From NCBI GenBank assembly GCA_964016885.1, contig OZ024751.1, positions 1,736,001-1,800,000 of the forward strand: a DNA stretch of 64,000 nt. The letters run 5' to 3'. Numbering within the stretch: the stretch's first letter is position 1; the number at the start of each line of letters is the position of its first letter. Source of the stretch: Eledone cirrhosa (Eukaryota). Shown in pieces: positions 27,701-40,300 of the stretch. Under the pieces are notes generated by a model that did no database searches, was not told the origin of the DNA, and was given only the letters and a program-made list of their open reading frames with translations. Position numbers and translations under genes: made by a program.

Positions 27701-30700
27701 GTTGGTGTTACTGTTGTTGGTGTTGTTGGTGTTACTGTTGTTGGTGTTGTTAGTGTTACTGTTGTTGGTGTTGTTAGTGTTACTGTTGTCGGTGTTGTTG
27801 GTGTTACTGTTGTTGGTGTTGTTATTGTTACTGTTGTTGGTGTTGCTGGTGTTACTGTTGTTGGTGTTGTTGGTGTTACTGCTGTTGGTGTTGTTGGTGT
27901 TACTGTTGTTGGTGTTGTTGGTGTTACTGTTGTTGGTGTTATTAGTGTTACTGATGTTGGTGTTGTTAGTGTTACTGTTGTTGGTGTTGTTGGTGTTAAT
28001 GTTGTTGGTGTTGTTGGTGTTACTGTTGTTGGTATTGTTGGTGTTACTGTTGTTGGTGTTGTTAGTGTTACTGTTGTTGGTGTTGTTGGTGTTACTGTTG
28101 TTGGTGTTGTTAGTGTTACTGTTGTTGGTGTTGTTTTTGTTGGTGTTGGTGGTGTTGGTGTTACTGTTGTTGGTGTTGGTGGTCTTACTGTTGTTGGTGT
28201 TGTTGGTGTTACTGTTGTTGGTGTTGTTGGTGTTACTGTTGGTGGTGTTGTTGGTGTTACTGTTGTTGGTGTTGTTGGCGTTACTGTTGTTGGTGTTATC
28301 AGTGTTACTGTTGTTGGTGTTGTTGGTGTTACTGTTATTGGTGTTGTTGGTGTTGTTTTTGTTGGTGTTGGTGGTGTTGGTTTTACTGTTATTGGTGTTG
28401 TTGGTGTTACGGCTGTTGGTGTTGTTGGTGTTACTGTTGTTGGTGTTGTTAGTGTTACTGTTGTTGGTGTTGTTGGAGTTACTGTTGTTGGTGTTGTTTG
28501 TATTACTGTTGTTGGTGTTGTTGGTGTTGTTGGTGTTACTGTTGTTGGTGTTGGTGGTCTTACTGTTGTTGGTGTTGTTGGTATTACTGTTGTTGGTGTT
28601 GTTGGTGTTATTGTTGTTGGTGTTGTTGGGGTTGTTGGCTTTACTGTTGTTGGTGTTGTTGGTGTTACTGTTGATGGTGTTGTTGGTGTTACTGTTGTTG
28701 GTGTTGTTGGTGTTACTGTTGTTGGTGTTGTTGGTGTTACTGTTGTTGGTGTTGGTGTTACTGTTGTTGGTGTTGTTAGTGTTACTGTTGTTGGTGTTGG
28801 TGTTGGTGTTACTGTTGTTGGTGTTGTTGGTGTTACTGTTGTTGGTGTTGTTGGTGTTACTGTTGTGGTGTTGTTAGTGTTACTGTTGTTGGTGTTGTTA
28901 GTGTTACTGTTGTTGGTTTTGTTGGTGTTACTGTTGTTGGTGTTGTCAGTGTTACTGTTGTTGGTGTTGTTAGTGTTACTGTTGTTGGTGTTGTTGGTGT
29001 TACTGTTGTTGGTGTTGTTGGTGTTACTGTTGTTACTGTTGTTGGTGTTGTTAGTGTTACTGTTGTTGGTGTTGTTTTTGTTGGTGTTGGTGGTGTTGGC
29101 GTTACTGTTGTTGGTGTTGGTGGTCTTACTGTTGTTGGTGTTGTTGGTGTTACTGTTGTTGGTGTTGTTAGTATTAATGTTGTTGGTGTCGTTGGTGTTA
29201 CTGTTGTTGGTGTTGGTGGTGTTACTGTTGTTGGTGTTGTTGGTGTTGCTGTTGTTGGTGTTGTTAGTATTAATGTTGTTGGTGTCGTTGGTGTTACTGT
29301 TGTTGGTGTTGGTGGTGTTACTGTTGTTGGTGATGTTGGTGTTACTGTTGTTGGTGTTGTTGGTGTTACTGTTGTTGGTGTTACTGTTGTTGGTGTTGTT
29401 TTTGTTGGTGTTGGTGGTGTTGGTTTTACTGTTGTTGGTGTTGTTGGTGTTACGGCTGTTGGTGTTGTTGGTGTTACTGTTGTTGGTGTTGTTAGTGTTA
29501 CTGTTGTTGGTGTTGTTGGAGTTACTGTTGTTGGTGTTGTTAGTATTACTGTTGTTGGTGTTGTTGGTGTTACTGTTGTTGGTGTTGGTGGTCTTATTAT
29601 TGTTGGTGTTGTTGGTATTACTGTTGTTGGTGTTGTTGGTGTTACTGTTGTTGCTGTTGTTGGTGTTACTGTTGTTGGTGTTGTTGGTTTTACTGTTGTT
29701 GGTGTTGTTGGTGTTACTGTTGATGGTGTTGTTGGTGTTACTGTTGTTGGTGTTACTGTTGTTGGTGTTGTTGGTGTTACTGTTGTTGGTGTTGTTGGTG
29801 TTACTGTCGTTGGTGTTGGTGTTACTGTTGTTGGTGTTGTTAGTGTTACTGTTGCTGGTGTTGGTGTTGGTGTTACTGTTGTTGGTGTTGTTGGTGTTAC
29901 TGTTGTGGTGTTGTTAGTGTTACTGTTGTTGGTGTTGTTAGTGTTACTGTTGTTGGTTTTGTTGGTGTTACTGTTGTTGGTGTTGTCAGTGTTACTGTTG
30001 TTGGTGTTGTTAGTGTTACTGTTGTTGGTGTTGTTGGTGTTACTGTTGTTGGTGTTGTTAGTATTACTGTTGTTGGTGTTGGTGGTGTTACTGTTGTTGG
30101 TGTTGTTGGTGTTACTGTTGTTGGTGTTGTTGGTGTTACTGTTGTTAGTGTTGTTAGTGTTACTGTTGTTGGTGTTATTGGTGTTACTGTTGTTGGTGTT
30201 GTTGGTGTTACTGTTGTTGGTGTTGTTAGTATTACTCTTGTTGGTGTTGGTGGTGTTACTGTTGTTGGTGTTGTTAGTATTACTGTTGTTGGTGTTGGTG
30301 GTGTTACTGTTGTTGGTGTTGTTGGTGTTACTGTTGTTGGTGTTGTTTGTGTTACTGTTGTTGGTGTTGGTGGTGTTACTGTTGTTAGTGTTACTGTTGT
30401 TGGTGTTGTTGGTGTTACTGTTGTTGGTGTTGTTGGTGTTACTGTTGTTGGTGGTGTTGGTGTTACTGTTGTTGGTGTTGTTGGTGTTACTGTTATTGGT
30501 GTTGGTGGTGTTACTGTTGTTGGTGTTGTTGGTGTTACTGTTGTTGGTGTTGTTGGTGTTACTGCTTTGGTGTTGTTGGTGTTACTTTTGTTGGTGTTGT
30601 TGGTGTTACTGTTGTTAGTGTTACTGTTGTTGATGTTGTTGGTGGTACTGTTGTTGATGGTGTTACTGTTGTTGGTGTTGGTGTTGTTAGTGTTACTGTT

Positions 30701-33700
30701 GTTGGTGTTGTTGGTGTTACTGTTGTTGGTGTTGTTAGTGTTATCATTGTTGGTGTTGTTGGTGTTACTGTTGTTGGTGTTGTTTGTGTTACTGTTGTTG
30801 GTGTTGTTGGTGTTACTGTTGTTTGTGTTGTTGGTGTTACTGTTGTTGGTGTTGTTGGTGTTACTGCTTTGGTGTTGTTGGTGTTACTTTTGTTGGTGTT
30901 GTTGGTGTTACTGTTGTTCGTGTTGTTGGTGTTACTGTTGTTGGTGTTGTTGGTGTTACTGTTGTTGATGTTATTAGTGTAACTGTTGTTGGTGTTGGTG
31001 GTGTTACTGTTATTGGTGTTACTGTTGTTGGTGTTGGTGGTGTGACTGTTGTTGGTGTTGTTGGTGTTACTGTTGTTGGTGTTGTTAGTGTTACTGTTGT
31101 TGGTGTTGTTAGTGTTACTGTTGTTAGTGTTGTTGGTGTTACTGTTGTTGGTGTTGTTAGTGTTACTGTTGTTGGTGTTGTTATTGTTACTGTTGTTGGT
31201 GTTGCTGGTGTTACTGTTGTTGGTGTTGTTGGTGTTACTGTTGTTGGTGTTGTTGTTGTTAATGTTGTTGGTGTTGTTTGTGTTACTGTTGTTGGTGTTG
31301 GTGGTGTTACTGTTGTTGGTGTTACTGTTGTTGGTGTTGTTGGTGTTACTGTTGTTGGTGTTGTTGGTGTTACTGTTGTTGGTGGTGTTGGTGTTACTGT
31401 TGTTGGTGTTGTTGGTGTTACTGTTATTGGTGTTGGTGGTGTTACTGTTGTTGGTGTTGTTGGTGTTACTGTTGTTGGTGTTGTTGGTGTTACTGTTGTT
31501 GATGTTGTAGGTGTTACTGTTGTTGATGGTGCTGGTGTTACTGTTGTTGGTGTTGTTAGTGTTATTGTTGTTGGTGTTGTTGGTGTTACTGTTGTTGGTG
31601 TTGTTAGTGTTACTGTTGTTGGTGTTGTTGGTGTTACTGTTGTTGGTGTTGTTTGTGTTACTGTTGTTGGTGCTGTTGGTGTTACTGTTGTTGGTGTTGT
31701 TGGTGTTACTGTTGTTGGTGTTGTTGGTGTTACTGCTTTGGTGTTGTTGGTGTTAATTTTGTTGGTGTTGTTGGTGTTACTGTTGTTGGTGTTGTTGGTG
31801 TTACTGTTGTTGGTGTTGTTGGTGTTACTGTTGTTGATGTTATTAGTGTTACTGTTGTTGGTGTTGGTGGTGTTACTGTTGTTGGTGTTGTTGGTGTTAC
31901 TGTTATTGGTGTTACTGTTGTTGGTGTTGGTGGTGTGACTGTTGTTGGTGTTGTTGGTGTTACTGTTGTTGGTGTTGTTAGTGTTACTGTTGTTGGTGTT
32001 GTTAGTGTTACTGTTGTTGGTGTTGTTAGTGTTACTGTTGTTGGTGTTGTTATTGTTACTGTTGTTGGTGTTGCTGGTGTTACTGTTGTTGGTGTTGTTG
32101 GTGTTACTGTTGTTGGTGTTGTTGGTGTTACTGTTGTTGGTGTTGTTGGTGTTACTGTTGTTGGTGTTATTAGTGTTACTGTTGTTGGTGTTGTTAGTGT
32201 TACTGTTGTTGGTGTTGTTGGTGTTAATGTTGTTGGTGTTGTTGGTGTTACTGTTGTTGGTGTTGTTGGTGTTACTGTTGTTGGTGTTGTTAGTGTTACT
32301 GTTGTTGGTGTTGTTAGTGTTACTGTTGTCGGTGTTGTTGGTGTTACTGTTGTTGGTGTTGTTGGTGTTACTTTTGTTGGTGTTGTTAGTGTTACTGTTG
32401 TTGGTGTTGTTAGTGTTACTGTTGTTGGTGTTGTTGGTGTTACTGCTGTTGGTGTTGTTGGTGTTACTGTTGTTGGTGTTATTGGTGTTACTGTTGTTGG
32501 TGTTGTTGGTGTTACTGTTGTTGGTGTTGTTAGTGTTACTGTTGTTGGTGTTGTTAGTGTTACTGTTGTTGGTGTTGTTGGTGTTACTGTTGTTGGTGTT
32601 GTTGATGTTACTGTTGTTGGTGTTGTTAGTGTTACTGTTGTTGGTGTTGTTAGTGTTACTGTTGTTGGTGTTGTTGGTGTTACTGTTGTTGGTGTTGTTG
32701 GTGTTACTGTTGTTGGTGTTATTAGTGTTACTGTTGGTGGTGTTGTTTGTGTTACTGTTGTTGGTGTTGTTGGTGTTACTGTTGTTGGTGTTATTGGTGT
32801 TACTGATGTTGGTGTTGTTGGTGTTACTGTTGTTGGTGTTGTTGGTGTTACTGTTGTTGGTGTTGTTAGTATTAATTTTGTTGGTGTCGTTGGTGTTACT
32901 GTTGTTGGTTTTGGTGATGTTACTGTTGTTGGTGTTGTTGGAGTTACTGTTGTTGTTGTTGTTGGTGTTACTGTTGTTGGTGTTATTGGTGTTACTGTTG
33001 TTGGTGTTGTTGGTGTTGTTTGTGTTACTGTTGTTGGTGTTACTGTTGTGGTGTTGTTAGTGTTACTGTTGTTGGTGTTGTTATTGTTACTGTTGTTGGT
33101 TTTGTTGGTATTACTGTTGTTGGTGTTATTCGTGTTACTGTTGTTGGTGTTGTTGGTGTTACTGTTGTTGGTGTTGTTGGTGTTACTGTTGTTGGTGTTG
33201 TTAGTATTAATGTTGTTGGTGTCGTTGGTGTTACTGTTGTTGGTGTTGGTGGTGTTACTGTTGTTGGTGTTGTTGGTGTTACTGTTGTTGGTGTTGTTCG
33301 TGTTACTGTTGTTGGTGTTGGTGTTACTGTTGTTGGTGTTGTTAGTGTTACTGTTGTTGGTGTTGGTGTTGGTGTTACTGTTGTTGGTGTTGTTGGTGTT
33401 ACTGTTGGTGGTGTTGTTGGTGTTACTGTTGTGGTGTTGTTAGTGTTACTGTTGTTGGTGTTGTTAGTGTTACTGTTGTTGGTTTTGTTGGTGTTACTGT
33501 TGTTGGTGTTGTCAGTGTTACTGTTGTTGGTGTTGTTAGTGTTACTGTTGTTGGTGTTGTTATTGTTACTGTTGTTGGTGTTGCTGGTGTTACTGTTGTT
33601 GGTGTTGTTGGTGTTACTGTTGTTGGTGTTGTTGGTGTTACTGTTGTTGGTGTTGTTGGTGTTACTGTTGTTCGTGTTATTAGTGTTACTGTTGTTGGTG

Positions 33701-36700
33701 TTGTTAGTGTTACTGTTGTTGGTGTTGTAGGTGTTAATGTTGCTGTTGTTGTTGGTGTTACTGTTGTTGGTGTTGTTGGTGTTTCTGTTGTTGATGTTGT
33801 TAGTGTTACTGTTGTTGGTGTTGTTAGTGTTACTGTTGTCGGTGTTGTTGGTGTTACTGTTGTTGGTGTTGTTGGTGTTACTTTTGTTGGTGTTGTTAGT
33901 GTTACTGTTGTTGGTGTTGTTAGAGTCACTGTTGTTCGTGTTGTTGGTGTTACTGTTGTTGGTGTTGTTGGTGTTACTGTTGTTGGTGTTGCTGGTGTTA
34001 CTGTTGTTGGTGTTGTTGGTGTTACTGTTGTTGGTGTTGTTGGTGTTACTGTTGTTGGTGTTGTTGGTGTTACTGTTGTTGGTGTTATTAGTGTTAATGT
34101 TGTTGGTGTTGTTTGTGTTACTGTTGTTGGTGTTGTTGGTGTTGTTGGTGTTACTGTTGTTGGTGTTATTGGTGTTACTGTTGTTGGTGTTGTTGGTGTT
34201 ACTGTTGTTGGTGTTGTTGGTGTTACTGTTGTTGGTGTTGTTAGTGTTACTGTTGTTGGTGTTGTTGGTGTTACTGTTGTTGGTGTTGTTGGTGTTACTG
34301 TTGTTGGTGTTGTTAGTGTAACTGTGTTGGTGTTGTTAGTGTTACTGTTGTTGGTGTTGTTGGTGTTACTGTTGTTGGTGTTGTTGGTGTTACTGTTGTT
34401 GGTGTTATTAGTGTTACTGTTGTTGGTGTTGTTTGTGTTACTGTTGTTGGTGTTGTTGGTGTTACTGTTGTTGGTGTCATTGGTGTTACTGATGTTGGTG
34501 TTGTTGGTGTTACTGTTGTTGGTGTTGTTGGTGTTACTGTTGTTGGTGTTGTTAGTATTAATGTTGTTGGTGTCGTTGGTGTTACTGTTGTTGGTGTTGT
34601 TCGTGTTACTGTTGTTGGTGTTGTTGGAGTTACTGTTGTTTTTGTTGTTGGTGTTACTGTTGTTGGTGTTATTGGTGTTACTGTTGTTGGTGTTGTTGGT
34701 GTTGTTTGTGTTACTGTTGTTGGTGTTGTTGGTGTTACTGTTATTGGTGTTGTTGGTGTTACTGTTGTTGGTGTTGTTGGTGTTACTGTTGTGGTGTTGT
34801 TAGTGTTACTGTTGTTGGTGTTTTTATTGTTACTGTTGTTGGTTTTGTTGGTGTTACTGTTGTTGGTGTTATTGGTGTTACTGTTGTTGGTGTTGTTGGT
34901 GTTACTGTTGTTGGTGTTGTTGGTGTTACTGTTGTTGGTGTTGTTAGTATTAATGTTGTTGGTGTCGTTGGTGTTACTGTTGTTGTTGTTGGTGGTGTTA
35001 CTGTTGTTGGTGTTGTTGGTGTTACTGTTGTTGGTGTTGTTCGTGTTACTGTTGTTGGTGTTGGTGTTACTGTTGTTGGTGTTGTTAGTGTTACTGTTGT
35101 TGGTTTTGGTGTTGGTGTTACTGTTGTTGGTGTTGTTGGTGTTACTGTTGTTGGTGTTGTTGGTGTTACTGTTGTGGTGTTGTTAGTGTTACTGTTGTTG
35201 GTGTTGTTAGTGTTACTGTTGTTGCTTTTGTTGGTGTTACTGTTGTTGGTGTTGTCAGTGTTACTGTTGTTGGTGTTGTTAGTGTTACTGCTGTTGGTGT
35301 TGTTATTGTTACTGTTGTTGGTGTTGCTGGTGTTACTGTTGTTGGTGTTGTTGGTGTTACTGTTGTTGGTGTTGTTGGTGTTACTGTTGTTGGTGTTGTT
35401 GGTGTTACTGTTGTTGGTGTTATTAGTGTTACTGTTGTTGGTGTTGTTAGTGTTACTGTTGTTGGTGTTGTTGCTGTTACTGTTGTTGGTGTTGTTAGTG
35501 TTACTGTTGTTGGTGTTGTTAGTGTTACTGTTGTTGGTTTTGTTGGTGTTACTGTTGTTGGTGTTGTCAGTGTTACTGTTGTTGGTGTTGTTAGTGTTAC
35601 TGTTGTTGGTGTTGTTATTGTTACTGTTGTTGGTGTTGCTGGTGTTACTGTTGTTGGTGTTGTTGGTGTTACTGTTGTGGGTGTTGTTGGTGTTACTGTT
35701 GTTGGTGTTGTTGGTGTTACTGTTGTTCGTGTTATTAGTGTTACTGTTGTTGGTGTTGTTAGTGTTACTGTTGTTGGTGTTGTAGGTTTTAATGTTGCTG
35801 TTGTTGTTGGTGTTACTGTTGTTGGTGTTGTTGGTGTTTCTGTTGTTGATGTTGTTAGTGTTACTGTTGTTGGTGTTGTTAGTGTTACTGTTGTCGGTGT
35901 TGTTGGTGTTACTGTTGTTGGTGTTGTTGGTGTTACTTTTGTTGGTGTTGTTAGTGTTACTGTTGTTGGTGTTGTTAGAGTCACTGTTGTTCGTGTTGTT
36001 GGTGTTACTGTTGTTGGTGTTGTTGGTGTTACTGTTGTTGGTGTTGCTGGTGTTACTGTTGTTGGTGTTGTTGGTGTTACTGTTGTTGGTGTTGTTGGTG
36101 TTACTGTTGTTGGTCTTGTTGGTGTTACTGTTGTTGGTGTTATTAGTGTTAATGTTGTTGGTGTTGTTTGTGTTACTGTTGTTGGTGTTGTTGGTGTTAC
36201 TGTTGTTGGTGTTATTGGTGTTACTGTTGTTGGTGTTGTTGGTGTTACTGTTGTTGGTGTTGTTAGTGTTACTGTTGTTGGTGTTGTTAGTGTTACTGTT
36301 GTTGGTGTTGTTGGTGTTACTGTTGTTGGTGTCATTGGTGTTACTGATGTTGGTGTTGTTGGTGTTACTGTTGTTGGTGTTGTTGGTGTTACTGTTGTTG
36401 GTGTTGTTAGTATTAATGTTGTTGGTGTCCTTGGTGTTACTGTTGTTGGTGTTGTTCGTGTTACTGTTGTTGGTGTTGTTGGAGTTATTGTTGTTGTTGT
36501 TGTTGGTGTTACTGTTGTTGGTGTTATTGGTGTTACTGTTGTTGGTGTTGTTGGTGTTGTTTGTGTTACTGTTGTAGGTGTTGTTGGTGTTACTGTTATT
36601 GGTGTTGTTCGTGTTACTGTTGTTGGTGTTGTTGGAGTTATTGTTGTTGTTGTTGTTGGTGTTACTGTTGTTGGTGTTATTGGTGTTACTGTTGTTGGTG

Positions 36701-37336
36701 TTGTTGGTGTTGTTTGTGTTACTGTTGTAGGTGTTGTTGGTGTTACTGTTATTGGTGTTGTTGGTGTTACTGTTGTTGGTGTTGTTGGTGTTACTGTTGT
36801 GGTGTTGTTAGTGTTACTGTTGTTGGTGTTGTTATTGTTACTGTTGTTGGTTTTGTTGGTGTTACTGTTGTTGGTGTTATTGGTGTTACTGTTGTTGGTG
36901 TTGTTGGTGTTACTGTTGTTGGTGTTGTTGGTGTTACTGTTGTTGGTGTTGTTAGTATTAATGTTGTTGGTGTCGTTGGTGTTACTGTTGTTGTTGTTGG
37001 TGGTGTTACTGTTGTTGGTGTTGTTGGTGTTACTGTTGTTGGTGTTGTTCGTGTTACTGTTGTTGGTGTTGGTGTTACTGTTGTTGGTGTTGTTAGTGTT
37101 ACTGTTGTTGGTGTTGGTGTTGGTGTTACTGTTGTTGGTGTTGTTGGTGTTACTGTTGTTGGTGTTGTTGGTGTTACTGTTGTGGTGTTGTTAGTGTTAC
37201 TGTTGTTGGTGTTGTTAGTGTTACTGTTGTTGCTTTTGTTGGTGTTACTGTTGTTGGTGTTGTCAGTGTTACTGTTGTTGGTGTTGTTAGTGTTACTGTT
37301 GTTGGTGTTGTTAGTGTTACTGTTGTTGGTGTTGGT
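24769..37336. repeat. Copy 1 of a ~12.5-kb tandem segmental duplication within the array
   Basis: ORF landmarks recur at offsets 12,568 (24891/37459, 25227/37795, 25587/38155), 12,136 (28865/41001), 15,434 (27489/42923, 28865/44299) and 15,425 (29905/45330 through 37194/52619). Confidence 0.9.
26400..27360. repeat. 483-bp tandem duplication present only in copy 1 of the 12.5-kb unit
   Basis: GGC at 26451/26934 and ACGG at 26541/27024. The block is single in the corresponding regions near 39.0-39.5 kb and 42.3-42.8 kb. Confidence 0.88.
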
Positions 37337-40300
37337 GTTGGTGTTACTGTTGTTGGTGTTGTTGGTGTTACTGTTGTTGGTGTTGTTAGTGTTACTGTTG
37401 TTGGTGTTGTTGGTGTTAATGTTGTTGGTGTTGGTGGTGTTACTGTTGTTGGTGTTGTTTGTGTTACTGTTGTTGGTGTTGTTTGTGTTACTGTTGTTGG
37501 TGTTGGTGGTGTTACTGTTGTTGGTGTTGTTGGTGTTACTGTTGTTGGTGTTGTTGGTGTTACTGTTGTTGGTGTTGTTTGTGTTACTGTTGTTGGTGTT
37601 GTTTGTGTTACTGTTGTTGGTGTTGGTGGTGTTACTGTTGTTGGTGTTGTTGGTGTTACTCTTGTTGGTGTTGTTGGTGTTACTGTTGTTGGTGGTGTTG
37701 GTGTTACTGTTGTTGGTGTTGTTAGTGTTACTGTTGTTGGTGTTGTTGGTGTTACTGTTGTTGGTGTTGTTAGTGTTACTGTTGTTGGTGTTGTTTGTGT
37801 TATTGTTGTTGGTGTTGGTGGTGTTACTGTTGTTGGTGTTACTGTTGTTGGTGTTGTTGGTGTTACTGTTGTTGGTGTTGTTGGTGTTACTGTTGTTGGT
37901 GGTGTTGGTGTTACTGTTGTTGGTGTTGTTGGTGTTACTGTTATTGGTGTTGGTGGTGTTACTGTTGTTGGTGTTGTTGGTGTTACTGTCGTTGGTAATG
38001 TTGGTGTTACTGTTGTTGATGTTGTTTGTGTTACTGTTGTTGATGGTGTTGGTGTTACTGTTGTTGGTGTTGTTAGTGTTACTGTTGTTGGTGATGTTGG
38101 TGTTACTGTTGTTGGTGTTGTTAGTGTTGTTGGTGTTACTGTTGTTGGTGTTGTTTGTGTTACTGTTGTTGGTGTTGTTGGTGTTACTGTTGTTGGTGTT
38201 GTTGGTGTTACTGTTGTTGGTGTTGTTGGTGTTACTGCTTTGGTGTTGTTGGGGTTACTGTTGTTGGTGTTGTTGGTGTTACTGTTGTTGGTGTTGTTGG
38301 TGTTACTGTTGTTGGTGTTGGTGGTGTTACTGTTGTTGGTGTTGTTGGTGTTACTGTTATTGGTGTTACTGTTGTTGGTGTTGGTGGTGTGACTGTTGTT
38401 GGTGTTGTTGGTGTTACTGTTGTTGGTGTTGTTAGTGTTACTGTTGTTGGTGTTGTTAGTGTTATTGTTGTTGGTGTTGTTGGTGTTACTGTTGTTGGTG
38501 TTGTTAGTGTTACTGTTGTTGGTGTTGTTATTGTTACTGTTGTTGGTGTTGCTGGTGTTACTGTTGTTGGTGTTGTTGGTGTTACTGCTGTTGGTGTTGT
38601 TGGTGTTACTGTTGTTGGTGTTGTTGGTGTTACTGGTGTTGGTGTTATTAGTGTTACTGTTGTTGGTGTTGTTAGTGTTACTCTTGTTGGTGTTGTTGGT
38701 GTTAATGTTGTTGGTGTTGTTGGTGTTACTGTTGTTGGTATTGTTGGTGTTACTGTTGTTGGTGTTGTTAGTGTTACTGTTGTTGGTGTTGTTGGTGTTA
38801 CTGTTGTTGGTGTTGTTAGTGTTACTGTTGTTGGTGTTGTTTTTGTTGGTGTTGGTGGTGTTGGTGTTACTGTTGTTGGTGTTGGTGGTCTTACTGTTGT
38901 TGGTGTTGTTGGTGTTAATGTTGTTGGTGTTGTTTTTGTTGGTGTTGGTGTTACTGTTGTTGGTGTTGGTGGTCTTACTGTTGTTGGTGTTGTTGGTGTT
39001 ACTGTTGTTGGTGTTGTTGGTGTTACTGTTGTTGGTGTTGTTGGTGTTACTGTTGTTGGTGTTGTTGGCGTTACTGTTGTTGGTGTTACTGTTGTTGGTG
39101 TTGTTTTTGTTGGTGTTGGTGGTGTTGGTTTTACTGTTGTTGGTGTTGTTGGTGTTACGGCTGTTGGTGTTGTTGGTGTTACTGTTGTTGGTGTTGTTAG
39201 TGTTACTGTTGTTGGTGTTGTTGGAGTTACTGTTGTTGGTTTTGTTTGTATTACTGTTGTTGGTGTTGTTGGTGTTGTTGGTGTTACTGTTGTTGGTGTT
39301 GGTGGTCTTACTGTTGTTGGTGTTGTTGGTATTACTGTTGTTGGTGTTGTTGGTGTTATTGTTGTTGGTGTTGTTGGTGTTGTTGGCTTTACTGTTGTTG
39401 GTGTTGTTGGTGTTACTGTTGATGGTGTTGTTGGTGTTACTGTTGTTGGTGTTGTTGGTGTTACTGTTGTTGGTGTTGTTGGTGTTACTGTTGTTGGTGT
39501 TGGTGTTACTGTTGTTGGTGTTGTTAGTGTTACTGTTGTTGGTGTTGGTGTTGGTGTTACTGTTGTTGGTGTTGTTGGTGTTACTGTTGTTGGTGTTGTT
39601 GGTGTTACTGTTGTGGTGTTGTTAGTGTTACTGTTGTTGGTGTTGTTAGTGTTACTGTTGTTGGTTTTGTTGGTGTTACTGTTGTTGGTGTTGTCAGTGT
39701 TACTGTTGTTGGTGTTGTTAGTGTTACTGTTGTTGGTGTTGTTGGTGTTACTGTTGTTGGTGTTGTTGGTCTTACTGTTGTTGGTGATGTTGGAGTTACT
39801 GTTGTTGGTGTTGTTGGTTTTACTGTTGTTGGTGTTGTTGGTGTTACTGTTGTTGGTGTTGTTGGTGTTACTGTTGTTGGTGTTGTTAGTGTTACTGTTG
39901 TTGGTGTTGTTAGTGTTACTGTTGTCGGTGTTGTTGGTGTTACTGTTGTTGGTGTTGTTATTGTTACTGTTGTTGGTGTTGCTGGTGTTACTGTTGTTGG
40001 TGTTGTTGGTGTTACTGCTGTTGGTGTTGTTGGTGTTACTGTTGTTGGTGTTGTTGGTGTTACTGTTGTTGGTGTTATTAGTGTTACTGATGTTAGTGTT
40101 GTTAGTGTTACTGTTGTTGGTGTTGTTGGTGTTAATGTTGTTGGTGTTGTTGGTGTTACTGTTGTTGGTATTGTTGGTGTTACTGTTGTTGGTGTTGTTA
40201 GTGTTACTGTTGTTGGTGTTGTTGGTGTTACTGTTGTTGGTGTTGTTAGTGTTACTGTTGTTGGTGTTGTTTTTGTTGGTGTTGGTGGTGTTGGTGTTAC

